Source: a virus
Virus record (IMG/VR): IMGVR_UViG_3300021185_002167
Coordinates: 1-64,000 of that record
Direction: 5' to 3' (one strand)
DNA: 64,000 nt
Shown in pieces: positions 20,214 to 29,101 of this stretch. Every line of letters starts with the position of its first letter. Positions within the stretch are counted from its first letter, which is position 1. The translations under genes and the position numbers were made by a program. The notes under the pieces were generated by a model. That model made no database searches and was not told the origin of the DNA. It saw nothing but the letters and a program-made list of their open reading frames with translations.

Positions 20214-20242
20214 TTTACATTTAGCCAAAAGTATGGTATAAT
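20214..20242 (+). promoter_or_regulatory. Early sigma70-type promoter for gp55
   Basis: TTTACA 20214-20219, 17 nt, TATAAT 20237-20242 (TGG-extended). Confidence 0.85.
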
Positions 20243-20266
20243 AATACATTATGGAGAAAAAATAAT

Positions 20267-20836
20267 ATGGTTAAACCTAAAGACAAACCACACTACGTAA
20301 ATAACAAAGAGTTTTCGCAGGCAGTCATGGACTATGCTATCGAAGCTCGAGAATGCAGATCTGCAGACAAACCTGTACCAACAGTAACTGATTACATTGC
20401 AACATGTTTTATTAGAATATCTGAAGGACTGTCTCACAGACCGAACTTTGTTCGGTACACTTATAGAGAAGAAATGGTTATGGATGCCGTTGAAAATTGC
20501 TTAAGAGCAATTGGTAACTATAACATTGAAACTGCTACAAGGACTGGAAAGCCGAATGCATTTAGTTATTTTACTCAAATATGCTACTTTGCATTTATTC
20601 GTAGAATTACCAAAGAAAAGAAACAACAAGATATTAAATTCAAATTCATTGAGAAGATGGGTATAGAAGATTTTGTTCAAATGGGTATGGATACCGAAGG
20701 AGCTGAACAAACTATGGCTTATGTTGATACGTTAAGACAAAGGATTGGTACTATACGTACAAAGGATGAAGCCATTAAGAAATTTGCAAAAGAGGAGAAG
20801 AAGCGAGAGAAAGAAAAACTTGAGCTGTTTATGTAA
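20267..20836 (+). CDS. gp55: Late sigma factor gp55
   Basis: HYVNNKEF, EGLSHRPNF..YTY.EEMVMDAVENC, NAFSYFTQICYFAFIRRI.KEKKQ. Confidence 0.95.
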   Translation: MVKPKDKPHYVNNKEFSQAVMDYAIEARECRSADKPVPTVTDYIATCFIRISEGLSHRPNFVRYTYREEMVMDAVENCLRAIGNYNIETATRTGKPNAFSYFTQICYFAFIRRITKEKKQQDIKFKFIEKMGIEDFVQMGMDTEGAEQTMAYVDTLRQRIGTIRTKDEAIKKFAKEEKKREKEKLELFM

Positions 20837-21018
20837 TGAAAAAAGTAAGTACAAAACAAAACCAAAGACATATACGTCTTATGAAGAAAAGAACACTACG
20901 TGAGGACAAAAGAAAAGTTGTAAGATCGAAAGTAGTTATTCAAATGAATAAAATTAAGATAGCTGGAAGAAGAATCCAAAAGGCTCAGAAAAGAATGATG
21001 AGACTTGCGAGAGGATGA
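20836..21018 (+). CDS. Small highly basic protein
   Basis: 60 aa, K/R-rich; overlaps both neighbours (coupled). Confidence 0.6.
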   Translation: MKKVSTKQNQRHIRLMKKRTLREDKRKVVRSKVVIQMNKIKIAGRRIQKAQKRMMRLARG

Positions 21019-22076
21019 AGGTAGCGATACTTAATGACACACACTGTGGAGTAAGAAACTCAAGTGACATATTTTTACAATATCAAGATAGATTCTATTC
21101 AGAAATATTCTTTCCATATTGTGAAGAGCATGGTATAAAGAATGTATTACATTTAGGAGATTATTATGAGCATCGTAAGTTTGTTAACTTTAAAGCTCTT
21201 CAAGCTAATCGTAAACATTTTCTAGAACCATTACGCGATCTTGGTATGACTATGGATATTATCCCTGGTAATCATGACGTGTATTTCAAAAACACAAATG
21301 AACTTTGTAGTTTAAAAGAACTCCTAGGTTACTTTACGTCTAATGTCAATATTATCATGAAGCCAACAGTGCTTGATTATGATGGTCTTGGTGTTGCAGT
21401 AATACCTTGGATTAACAATGGTAACTACGAAGAGTATACAAAGTGGGCTCTTAACTGTAACGCTCCTATTCTTGGAGCTCATTTAGAGTTAAAAGGATTT
21501 GATATGATGGCAGGAATGCCTAATCCACATGGTATGAGTGCTGATGTATTTTCAAGATTTGAAATGGTATTATCAGGTCATTTCCATACAAGAAGTTCTC
21601 AAGGTAACGTAACGTATCTTGGTTCTCAAATGGAGTTTACTTGGGCTGATGTTGATGACCCTAAGTTCTTTCATGTACTTGATACTGAAACAAGAGAGAT
21701 TACACCAGTGCGTAATCCTATTACTATGTTTAAGAAAGTAATCTATGATGATACAAAAACAGATTATGACAAAGTAGACATATCAGAGTATGAGAAAAAG
21801 TTCATCAAGCTGATTGTTATAAATAAAAATGACTTGTATATGTTTGATAAGTTTGTTGATAGATTACAAAACATTGAGACATATGAACTTAAGATAGCTG
21901 AAAGCTTCGAAGAGTATCTGGGAGAAAGCGTAGAAGACGAGAAAATATCCCTTGAAGATACAAACAACCTTTTAGATACTTATGTTGATGCAGTCGATAC
22001 CGACTTAGATAAAGAACATCTTAAAGTCGAATTGAGAAAACTATATACTGAAGCACAGAATCTAGAGGTAGTATGA
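21015..22076 (+). CDS. gp47: Recombination nuclease gp47 (Mre11/SbcD-like)
   Basis: DTHCG, HLGD, GNHD, SGHFH. Confidence 0.95.
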   Translation: MKVAILNDTHCGVRNSSDIFLQYQDRFYSEIFFPYCEEHGIKNVLHLGDYYEHRKFVNFKALQANRKHFLEPLRDLGMTMDIIPGNHDVYFKNTNELCSLKELLGYFTSNVNIIMKPTVLDYDGLGVAVIPWINNGNYEEYTKWALNCNAPILGAHLELKGFDMMAGMPNPHGMSADVFSRFEMVLSGHFHTRSSQGNVTYLGSQMEFTWADVDDPKFFHVLDTETREITPVRNPITMFKKVIYDDTKTDYDKVDISEYEKKFIKLIVINKNDLYMFDKFVDRLQNIETYELKIAESFEEYLGESVEDEKISLEDTNNLLDTYVDAVDTDLDKEHLKVELRKLYTEAQNLEVV

Positions 22077-23788
22077 TACATTTTAAATCATGTGAGTGGA
22101 AGAATTTTCTATCCACCGGAAGCGATCCAATAAAAATATTATTAGATAAAACACCATCAACGTTAATCGTTGGTCAGAATGGAGCAGGTAAATCAACTTT
22201 ACTCGATGCTCTTTCATTTGCACTCTTTGGTAAACCACATAGAGATATTAAGAAAGATCAGATGATTAATAGTATCAATAAAAAAGGTACATTAGTGACT
22301 GTTGAAATGACGATAGGAAGTCATGAATTTAAGATTATAAGAGGTATCAAACCAGGTAAGTTTGAAATCTATCAAAATGGTAACCTAATTAACCAGGCTT
22401 CCAATGCAAGAGATTATCAGAAGTTCCTTGAACAGAATATACTTAAGCTTAATCATAAATCATTTCACCAGGTAGTAGTACTTGGTTCATCTTCGTTTAT
22501 ACCATTCATGCAATTACCTGTTTGGTCAAGAAGAAACATTATCGAAGACTTATTAGATATCAATATATTCTCTAAGATGAATACATTGTTAAAAGAAAGA
22601 AACTCTAAGATTAAAGATGAGCTTACTGATATTAATCATCAAATCGATATCTTTAAAACAAAGATGGATTCTCAAAGTAAGTATATTAAAGACTTACAAG
22701 AACTTAATGATGATCAGATCGATAAGAAGAGATCGAGTATTGATGTCCATAAAGAAGAAATCAATAAACTATTTGATGAAAGTAAAACACTTGGTAAGAA
22801 TCTATCAGCTTCAATATCAACTGAAGAAAAACATAGTGGAGATATCGTAAAGAAAATGTCTCAACTTGATTCTTATGATATGCAATTTAATGCTAAAATT
22901 AAATCGCTTGTAGATGAGAGTAGATTCTATGAAGAGAATGACCAATGTCCTACATGCGATCAAGAAATAGAAGAGTCTAAAAAGGTCGAAAAGATAGAGT
23001 CAGTAAAACTTAAAGCAAAAGAAATTCAAACAGCTAAAGATGATTTATCTAAGAATATTGCTGAAATGAAAGCTGAACAGCAAGAAGTATCTAATAGTCT
23101 TAATAAGCTTCGTCAAAAACAATCAAAGATTAATAGTAACAACGATGCAATTGCGTTATTACAGAAAGAAGTTAATAAAGTACAAAAAGAGATTGATGGT
23201 CTACAAGGCCAAACTGGAGACGTATCAAAAGCAAAAATCGAACTTAGAGATTTAAGAAAGAATAAAGATACATCGACTGAAAAGAAACTCGAGTATGTAG
23301 AAGAAAGAACCTATAACGAAGTCATAGGAGAAATGCTTAAAGACACTGGTATCAAAACTAAAGTCATTAAACAATATCTACCTGTAATGAATAGATTGAT
23401 TAATCAATATTTACAGATACTTGATTTCTTTGTATCGTTTCATTTAGATGAAAACTTTAATGAGACAATCAGGTCAAGACATCGTGATTCGTTTAACTAT
23501 GCTTCTTTCTCTGAAGGAGAAAAACAAAGAATCGATTTAGCTTTACTCTTTACTTGGAGACAAATTGCTAAGATGAAAAATAGCGCAGCTTCGAATCTAC
23601 TCATATTAGACGAAACGTTTGATTCAAGTTTAGACATCGATGGTGTTGATAACTTAACTAAGATTCTCGATACTCTTGACGATGGAAGCAACGTGTTTAT
23701 CATATCGCATAAAGGCGATGTCTTAGAGAATAAGTTTCGAAGTAAGATCGAATTCTTTAAAGAAAGAAATTTCTCAAAGATTAAGTAA
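22073..23788 (+). CDS. gp46: Recombination ATPase gp46 (Rad50/SbcC-like)
   Basis: GQNGAGKST, CPTC hook, FSEGEKQRID, LILDE, ISH. Confidence 0.96.
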   Translation: MIHFKSCEWKNFLSTGSDPIKILLDKTPSTLIVGQNGAGKSTLLDALSFALFGKPHRDIKKDQMINSINKKGTLVTVEMTIGSHEFKIIRGIKPGKFEIYQNGNLINQASNARDYQKFLEQNILKLNHKSFHQVVVLGSSSFIPFMQLPVWSRRNIIEDLLDINIFSKMNTLLKERNSKIKDELTDINHQIDIFKTKMDSQSKYIKDLQELNDDQIDKKRSSIDVHKEEINKLFDESKTLGKNLSASISTEEKHSGDIVKKMSQLDSYDMQFNAKIKSLVDESRFYEENDQCPTCDQEIEESKKVEKIESVKLKAKEIQTAKDDLSKNIAEMKAEQQEVSNSLNKLRQKQSKINSNNDAIALLQKEVNKVQKEIDGLQGQTGDVSKAKIELRDLRKNKDTSTEKKLEYVEERTYNEVIGEMLKDTGIKTKVIKQYLPVMNRLINQYLQILDFFVSFHLDENFNETIRSRHRDSFNYASFSEGEKQRIDLALLFTWRQIAKMKNSAASNLLILDETFDSSLDIDGVDNLTKILDTLDDGSNVFIISHKGDVLENKFRSKIEFFKERNFSKIK

Positions 23789-23858
23789 GGGGCGCGACTA
23801 GGGTCAATCTCCTACTTGCAATAGGAGATACTGTGGGGCAGAACCACACGCTCCACCA
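23789..23858 (+). ncRNA. Atypical tRNA-Ala(UGC)-like / tmRNA tRNA-domain-like RNA
   Basis: Acceptor GGGGCG/CGCTCC with G3:U70, discriminator A, encoded CCA; 8-bp stem with loop CTTGCAA; T-arm TGTGG-GGCAGAA-CCACA. Confidence 0.7.
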
Positions 23859-23864
23859 CTCTTT

Positions 23865-23935
23865 GGAGCTGAAGTTCATGTGGAATGAACGACCTAAAGT
23901 TAGGTAAGTCGAAGGTTCGAATCCTTCCAGCTCCA
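23865..23935 (+). ncRNA. tRNA-like RNA lacking a 7-nt anticodon loop
   Basis: Acceptor GGAGCTG/CAGCTCC; D-arm GTTC..GAAC; ACCTA-AAGT-TAGGT; T-arm GAAGG-TTCGAAT-CCTTC; no encoded CCA. Confidence 0.75.
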
Positions 23936-23950
23936 CTTCCATTATGTGAG

Positions 23951-24024
23951 AACAACACTTTCTCACAATTATTTTCATTAATTTCACAAAAACCGTTTAC
24001 ATTTGCGCTGAAATAGTGTATAAT
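23951..24024 (+). promoter_or_regulatory. 37-bp repeat copy 1 plus early promoter
   Basis: AACAACACTTTCTCACAATTATTTTCATTAATTTCAC 23951-23987; TTTACA 23996, 17 nt, TATAAT 24019. Confidence 0.85.
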
Positions 24025-24048
24025 ATACATATAAGATAAGGAACAACT

Positions 24049-26214
24049 ATGATTAAACACAAAAGCACTCTCGCAAAACTTCTTGCTAAAGAAAATGTTA
24101 CTGTACAATATGGTAACTATTCAACAGCATGGTTTGACATTAAAGATAGAATACTCGGTCTTCCAATGTGGAAAGATATGGGTAGTGATGTAAGTGATTT
24201 ACTTATTGGCCATGAAGTTGGCCATGCGTTATTCACACCATACGAAGGTTGGCATGATAGCCCTGAAAAGCTACAAGGCTGTCCACGTACATATATCAAT
24301 GTAATCGAAGATGCAAGAATCGAAAGACATATCAAAGATTCTTATATTGGTCTAGTTGGTCCTATGGCAAGAGGCTATAAAAAGCTTTTTGATGATGGCT
24401 TCTTTGGAGAAGAGTTCACTACAATGAACTGGGACAAAGTAAAGCTTATCGATAAAATTAATCTTAAAGCTAAAGTTGGAGCTCATCTTGACGTTCCTTT
24501 AGACGACGTAGAGATTGAATACTACAACAGGGCAATGACAACTGAAACATTCGAAGAAGTTCTTGACCTAGTAAGAGATGTTCTTGCGTATACAAAAGAA
24601 AACGAAGAAGAGCTTATTGAAAAGCCAGAGCCACAAGAAGACGAGCCTGAAGTAGGTGATGACGAAAATAATAAAGACGAAATGACTCCACAAGGTCATG
24701 ACGATGCTGAAGGCGATCAACCTAAAGAAACTTTGTCAAACGAATCAGATGAAACAGAAGTTGAAGATGATGCACCACAAGAAAAGCAAAATGCTCAGAA
24801 TCCAGTAGATGATGACGTTGCAATTTCAGACTTAAACTTTAGACAAAGAGAGAAAAACTTACTCGATATAAGAGAAGACAATACACAAACTCTTATTGGT
24901 AACGAATTCAATAAAGACGTTTTTAATAAGATTGTTATACCTTATAAAGATCTTGCTCAACAAAGAAAAGAGAATTCTAATAAAAACCAAGAACATTCAG
25001 AATGGCTTGCTGATTTAGTAAACAAACAAGCTCTTGGTTACAAAGCGTATAGTAAAGCAGTAAAGAAAGATGTTAACTACGCAGTAAAAGAATTCGAAAT
25101 GAGAAAAGCTGCTTTTAGATACTCAAGATCTCAAACAGCTAAGACTGGTTCTATAGACGTAAACAAAGTATGGTCATATAAAACTAATGAAGACATATTC
25201 TCAAGAGTAACTCAGTTAGCTGATTCTAAAAATCATGGTATGGTTATGATTATAGACTTTTCAGGTTCTATGTGCGATGTCATGAACCATGTTTTAGATC
25301 AGCTCTTTCACCTAGTAACATTCTGTAAAGCAGTTAATATTCCATTCGAAGTATATGGATTCACAAGCTGTAATACATTACTTGGTGGTGGATATTCATG
25401 GGATGGCGATACTATCGACACTTCAAAACAACTTGACTCTGAGGTATATCACCAAAAACTTTCAATGCCACAGCTTGTAACGTCTAAGCTTAAAAAAGCT
25501 GACTTCGAAGAAGCAATGGAACATATCTTTTTAAGAAGTAGTCTCAGTTCAGAGCATTATGGAGAAAGATCTATTATGTCTCCAAACGAAGAGTATGGTT
25601 CAACACCTCTTAACGAAGCTCTTATTGCTTCACATAGAATTATTGATAGCTTTAAAAAGACTCATAATGTCGAAAACATGAATTTCGTTGTTATTTCAGA
25701 TGGAGATACTAATGGTACTTCGATTTGTAAAAAAGAAATTGGTGTGAACAGAGTTAAGACTCACCCAAGCTATTCAAGACATACTGAAATGAATATTAAC
25801 ATTATGGGTAAATCTGTAAAGCTTGCTGGCAATAGAAGAGAAGGTACTCAGTCTTTACTTAACAACCTTGCTAAAAGATTTAATACAACTAACATTGGAT
25901 TCTTTATTGCTAATGATGGTTCACAATTTAAAAGTAAAATCGCTGAAACACATGGTGAGTACTGGTTAGATGATGAACTACAAAAAGAGTACAATAAAGA
26001 ATTTAACAAGAAAAGATGCGTAACTCTTAAAGGCTTAGGCTATAAAGAACTTTATATTCTTAAGAGTAAAAATCTTTCAGTTGAAACTACTGACTTTAAT
26101 CCAGCTGAAGAAGCATCAAAAGGTCAGTTAACAACAGCATTTAAGAAGTTTAGTAAGTCTAAAAAGCTTAACAAAACACTATTAACTAATTTTGGTAAGA
26201 TAGTTGCTGAGTAA
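24049..26214 (+). CDS. Metallopeptidase-like + VWA protein (CobT-like partner of the AAA+ ATPase)
   Basis: HEVGH...NVIEDARIE; acidic linker; MIDAS DFSGS, GSTPL, ISDGD. Confidence 0.85.
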   Translation: MIKHKSTLAKLLAKENVTVQYGNYSTAWFDIKDRILGLPMWKDMGSDVSDLLIGHEVGHALFTPYEGWHDSPEKLQGCPRTYINVIEDARIERHIKDSYIGLVGPMARGYKKLFDDGFFGEEFTTMNWDKVKLIDKINLKAKVGAHLDVPLDDVEIEYYNRAMTTETFEEVLDLVRDVLAYTKENEEELIEKPEPQEDEPEVGDDENNKDEMTPQGHDDAEGDQPKETLSNESDETEVEDDAPQEKQNAQNPVDDDVAISDLNFRQREKNLLDIREDNTQTLIGNEFNKDVFNKIVIPYKDLAQQRKENSNKNQEHSEWLADLVNKQALGYKAYSKAVKKDVNYAVKEFEMRKAAFRYSRSQTAKTGSIDVNKVWSYKTNEDIFSRVTQLADSKNHGMVMIIDFSGSMCDVMNHVLDQLFHLVTFCKAVNIPFEVYGFTSCNTLLGGGYSWDGDTIDTSKQLDSEVYHQKLSMPQLVTSKLKKADFEEAMEHIFLRSSLSSEHYGERSIMSPNEEYGSTPLNEALIASHRIIDSFKKTHNVENMNFVVISDGDTNGTSICKKEIGVNRVKTHPSYSRHTEMNINIMGKSVKLAGNRREGTQSLLNNLAKRFNTTNIGFFIANDGSQFKSKIAETHGEYWLDDELQKEYNKEFNKKRCVTLKGLGYKELYILKSKNLSVETTDFNPAEEASKGQLTTAFKKFSKSKKLNKTLLTNFGKIVAE

Positions 26215-26215
26215 G

Positions 26216-26289
26216 AACAACACTTTCTCACAATTATTTTCACTAATTTCACAGAAACTGTTTACAACACCGTGAAACTATGGTATAAT
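26216..26289 (+). promoter_or_regulatory. 37-bp repeat copy 2 plus early promoter
   Basis: Repeat 26216-26252 (one mismatch); TTTACA 26261, 17 nt, TATAAT 26284. Confidence 0.85.
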
Positions 26290-26323
26290 ATACAGTATAA
26301 TAAATTGATAAGGAAACTATATT

Positions 26324-27454
26324 ATGAAAAACTTGAAAAAATCAACACAAATCATTTTGGAAGAGCTTGCTGTCAGATATCCTGACCAAACTCATTTCAG
26401 AAAAAATGCTATCGTCGAAATTGGCGAAAGCTTTGGATACACCGGCAAAGACTGGGATCCATTGATGAGCAAAACTAACAGAGTAAAAATTGGTACATAT
26501 GACCTCGAAGGTTTCATATCGCCAATTAGAGAAATCGTTTCTAATTCTGTAGTTCAACCAATCCCAGCAGCTGCAGCTCAAATGCAGTCAATTGTTAACG
26601 AAGAAAAGACTTTCGCAAAAACAGATCCTACATTTATTGCTTGGGGAGCATTCACTGACATCGTAAAAATCGTAAAGTCAAATATGTTTTACCCAACATA
26701 TATTTCAGGTCTTTCAGGCAATGGTAAAACATTCATGGTAGAACAAGCTTGCGCTAAAGTAGGCAAAGAATTTATCAGAGTTCAAATCAATCCTGAAACA
26801 GACGAGGATGATTTACTTGGTGGGTTCAGACTTATCAATGGAGAAACAGTTTTCTCTAAAGGTCCTGTTCTTAAAGCAATGGAGAATGGAGCAATCCTTC
26901 TCTTAGACGAAATCGATAGAGCAACAAACAAAATCATGTGCTTACAAGGAATCCTCGAAGGTAAACCAGTACTTGTCAAAAAGACTGGCGAAACAATATC
27001 GCCTGCAGAAGGATTCAATGTAATCGCAACTGCTAATACAAAAGGCAAAGGTTCTGAAGATGGCAGATTTACAGCGGCTTCAATCATTGATGATGCATTC
27101 CTTGAAAGGTTTACTATTTCAGTCGATCAACAGTTCCCTTCTCTTAACATTGAGAAAAAGATTGTTATTAAACACATGGAAAAGTTTGATTGCTTAGATA
27201 CTGACTTTGCTGAAAAGCTAGTTGTTTGGGCTGACATTATCAGAAAAACATTTTACGATGATGGTGTCGATGAAGTCATTTCAACAAGAAGACTTTGCCA
27301 CATTGTTCAAACGTTTTCGATCTTTAATAAAAGAGACAAAGCAATTGACTTATGTATTTCAAGGTTTGACGAAGATACAAAAGAAGCATTCCTTGACTTA
27401 TACAGTAAAGTAGATGCTGAACAAATTATAGCACCAGAGGAGTCAAATGTTTAA
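26324..27454 (+). CDS. MoxR/CobS-like AAA+ ATPase
   Basis: GLSGNGKT, DEDDLLGG, LLLDEID, ATANTKG, FLERF, ISTRRL. Confidence 0.9.
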   Translation: MKNLKKSTQIILEELAVRYPDQTHFRKNAIVEIGESFGYTGKDWDPLMSKTNRVKIGTYDLEGFISPIREIVSNSVVQPIPAAAAQMQSIVNEEKTFAKTDPTFIAWGAFTDIVKIVKSNMFYPTYISGLSGNGKTFMVEQACAKVGKEFIRVQINPETDEDDLLGGFRLINGETVFSKGPVLKAMENGAILLLDEIDRATNKIMCLQGILEGKPVLVKKTGETISPAEGFNVIATANTKGKGSEDGRFTAASIIDDAFLERFTISVDQQFPSLNIEKKIVIKHMEKFDCLDTDFAEKLVVWADIIRKTFYDDGVDEVISTRRLCHIVQTFSIFNKRDKAIDLCISRFDEDTKEAFLDLYSKVDAEQIIAPEESNV

Positions 27455-27740
27455 TAAGAAAACTAAAACAATAGATTATAAATTTAACGAGGGAGCTCTT
27501 ATTAAAGAGCTTCAGAGTTATATAGACAAAACTTATGGCGGTCACTATTCAAAGAATCAGTTTCAATCAACTGAATTCATTATTGATTGTGGACATGGCA
27601 TGGGCTTTGCGTTAGGTAACGTGCTGAAATACGCACAAAGGTATGGTAAAAAAGAAGGTCACAATCGAGCTGACTTACTAAAGATTCTACATTACAGTAT
27701 TATCGCTTTAAATTGCCATGACAAAAAAAATGAAAAATAA
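27447..27740 (+). CDS. DUF3310-like protein (possible nucleotide kinase)
   Basis: HY...GFALGNVLKYAQRYGKK...DLLKILHY. Confidence 0.7.
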   Translation: MFNKKTKTIDYKFNEGALIKELQSYIDKTYGGHYSKNQFQSTEFIIDCGHGMGFALGNVLKYAQRYGKKEGHNRADLLKILHYSIIALNCHDKKNEK

Positions 27741-27743
27741 TCG

Positions 27744-27772
27744 TTTACATTATGTGTAAACTATGGTATAAT
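27744..27772 (+). promoter_or_regulatory. Early-type promoter
   Basis: TTTACA-17-TATAAT. Confidence 0.8.
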
Positions 27773-27791
27773 ATATTATAACGGAGAAAAT

Positions 27792-28463
27792 ATGAACCTA
27801 TCAAACGACACCTTAAATGTGTTAAAAAACTTTGCAACAATTAATCCTAATGTTGTTTTCAAACCAGGACAAAAGTTAAAGACTATATCAGAGTCCAAAA
27901 CAATTCTAGCATCAGCTACGATTGTAGAAGACTTTCCACAAGAGTTTGGAGTCTATGACTTAAACGAATTCTTATCAGTCTTAAACTTGATTGATAATCC
28001 AACGTTGGATTTTGAAGAGAAAGCAGTATTAGTAACAGGTGGTGGACAAAAGATAAGATATTTCTTTTCAGAAAGCGATATCCTAACTACACCTCAAAAA
28101 GATATTCAGATGCCAGATCCAGAGCTTGGTGTTTCTATTGATGAAGATAAACTTAATCAAATAAGAAAAGCTGCTGCTGTACTTGGTCATACTGAACTAG
28201 CGATTACAGGCGACAATGGAATTGTTACAGCCTCTGTACTTGATACAAGAGACTCGACTTCCAATGTGTTTGAAATAGAGCTAGATAAAGACAACTCATG
28301 TAAAAATGAGTTTAACTTCGTGGTAAGTATTCCTAACTTGAAGTTACTACCAGGCGATTACTTTGTAAGCATCAGCTCAAAGCTAATCTCTAACTGGACT
28401 AATAGTAACTATCCGGTAGATTATTTTATCGCTCTTGAGAAGAACTCAAGCTACAATGTATAA
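27792..28463 (+). CDS. gp45: Sliding clamp gp45
   Basis: LKNFATIN, FGVYDLNEFL, NLKLLPGDY, YFIALE. Confidence 0.95.
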   Translation: MNLSNDTLNVLKNFATINPNVVFKPGQKLKTISESKTILASATIVEDFPQEFGVYDLNEFLSVLNLIDNPTLDFEEKAVLVTGGGQKIRYFFSESDILTTPQKDIQMPDPELGVSIDEDKLNQIRKAAAVLGHTELAITGDNGIVTASVLDTRDSTSNVFEIELDKDNSCKNEFNFVVSIPNLKLLPGDYFVSISSKLISNWTNSNYPVDYFIALEKNSSYNV

Positions 28464-28536
28464 ATATATTGTAGGAATGGAAGATGCCGCATGGGGCGGG
28501 TCTTCTTATTTTCGTAACTATGCATAGGAGAAGATT

Positions 28537-28794
28537 ATGTCAGAAGAAGTAAATAACGTTGAAACTGAAGCTGAAGAAAGCGTCCAGTTAAGTCTACAGG
28601 ACATCGCTACAATGGTACAAATAATTGATATTTGTTCTAAAAGAGGTGGATTTGAAGGCCCTGAGCTTGAAGCAGTTGGCGGTTTAAGAAACAGAACAGT
28701 AACGTTTCTAAACGCAGCTTCAAAAGGTAGTGAAACACCAGAAGGTCAAGTACCTGAAGTGGAAGCACCTGCTGAAGATTCAGCCGAAGGTTAA
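28537..28794 (+). CDS. Hypothetical acidic protein
   Basis: AGGAG SD; late promoter at 28459-28466 and a leader hairpin upstream. Confidence 0.65.
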   Translation: MSEEVNNVETEAEESVQLSLQDIATMVQIIDICSKRGGFEGPELEAVGGLRNRTVTFLNAASKGSETPEGQVPEVEAPAEDSAEG

Positions 28795-28843
28795 TACAAG
28801 AGGGGTGAAAGTCCCCTCAAATTTTTATTATAAAGGATATATT

Positions 28844-29101
28844 ATGAACAATACTGAAAAAGCCAATCTGCTCGAGGCTTTACAAAAAGGGCAAGTCACA
28901 GTCACATTTACAAAAATAGATACAGGCGACGTAAGAGTCATGCCATGTACTCTAAATCCAGAAATGCTTAAAGCAAATGGTGTTAAAACAGAAATCAACT
29001 ACACATCTAACTCAATGGAAGCTTTTCCAGTTTGGTCGTTAGACAAAAACGCATGGAGGTCTTTTAGGTTAGATACAGTTGAAGGTTGGGAGGTACTATA
29101 A
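28844..29101 (+). CDS. WYL/SH3-like (DUF2693-like) protein
   Basis: VTFTKIDTGDVRVMPCTL...WSLDKNAWRSFR; AAGGA SD supports the start at 28844. Confidence 0.65.
   Translation: MNNTEKANLLEALQKGQVTVTFTKIDTGDVRVMPCTLNPEMLKANGVKTEINYTSNSMEAFPVWSLDKNAWRSFRLDTVEGWEVL

Noticed and set aside
23945-23967. TGTGAGAA...TTCTCACA palindrome as a CRP site
   Set aside because: The TGTGA-TCACA spacing is 13 nt rather than 6, and the left arm is absent from repeat copies 2 and 3
23781-24108. Minus-strand ORFs over the tRNA-like region
   Set aside because: Better explained by the RNA structures and the promoter repeat
24049-27454. Cobalamin biosynthesis (cobT/cobS)
   Set aside because: No cobN or other cob genes; generic VWA/MoxR architecture
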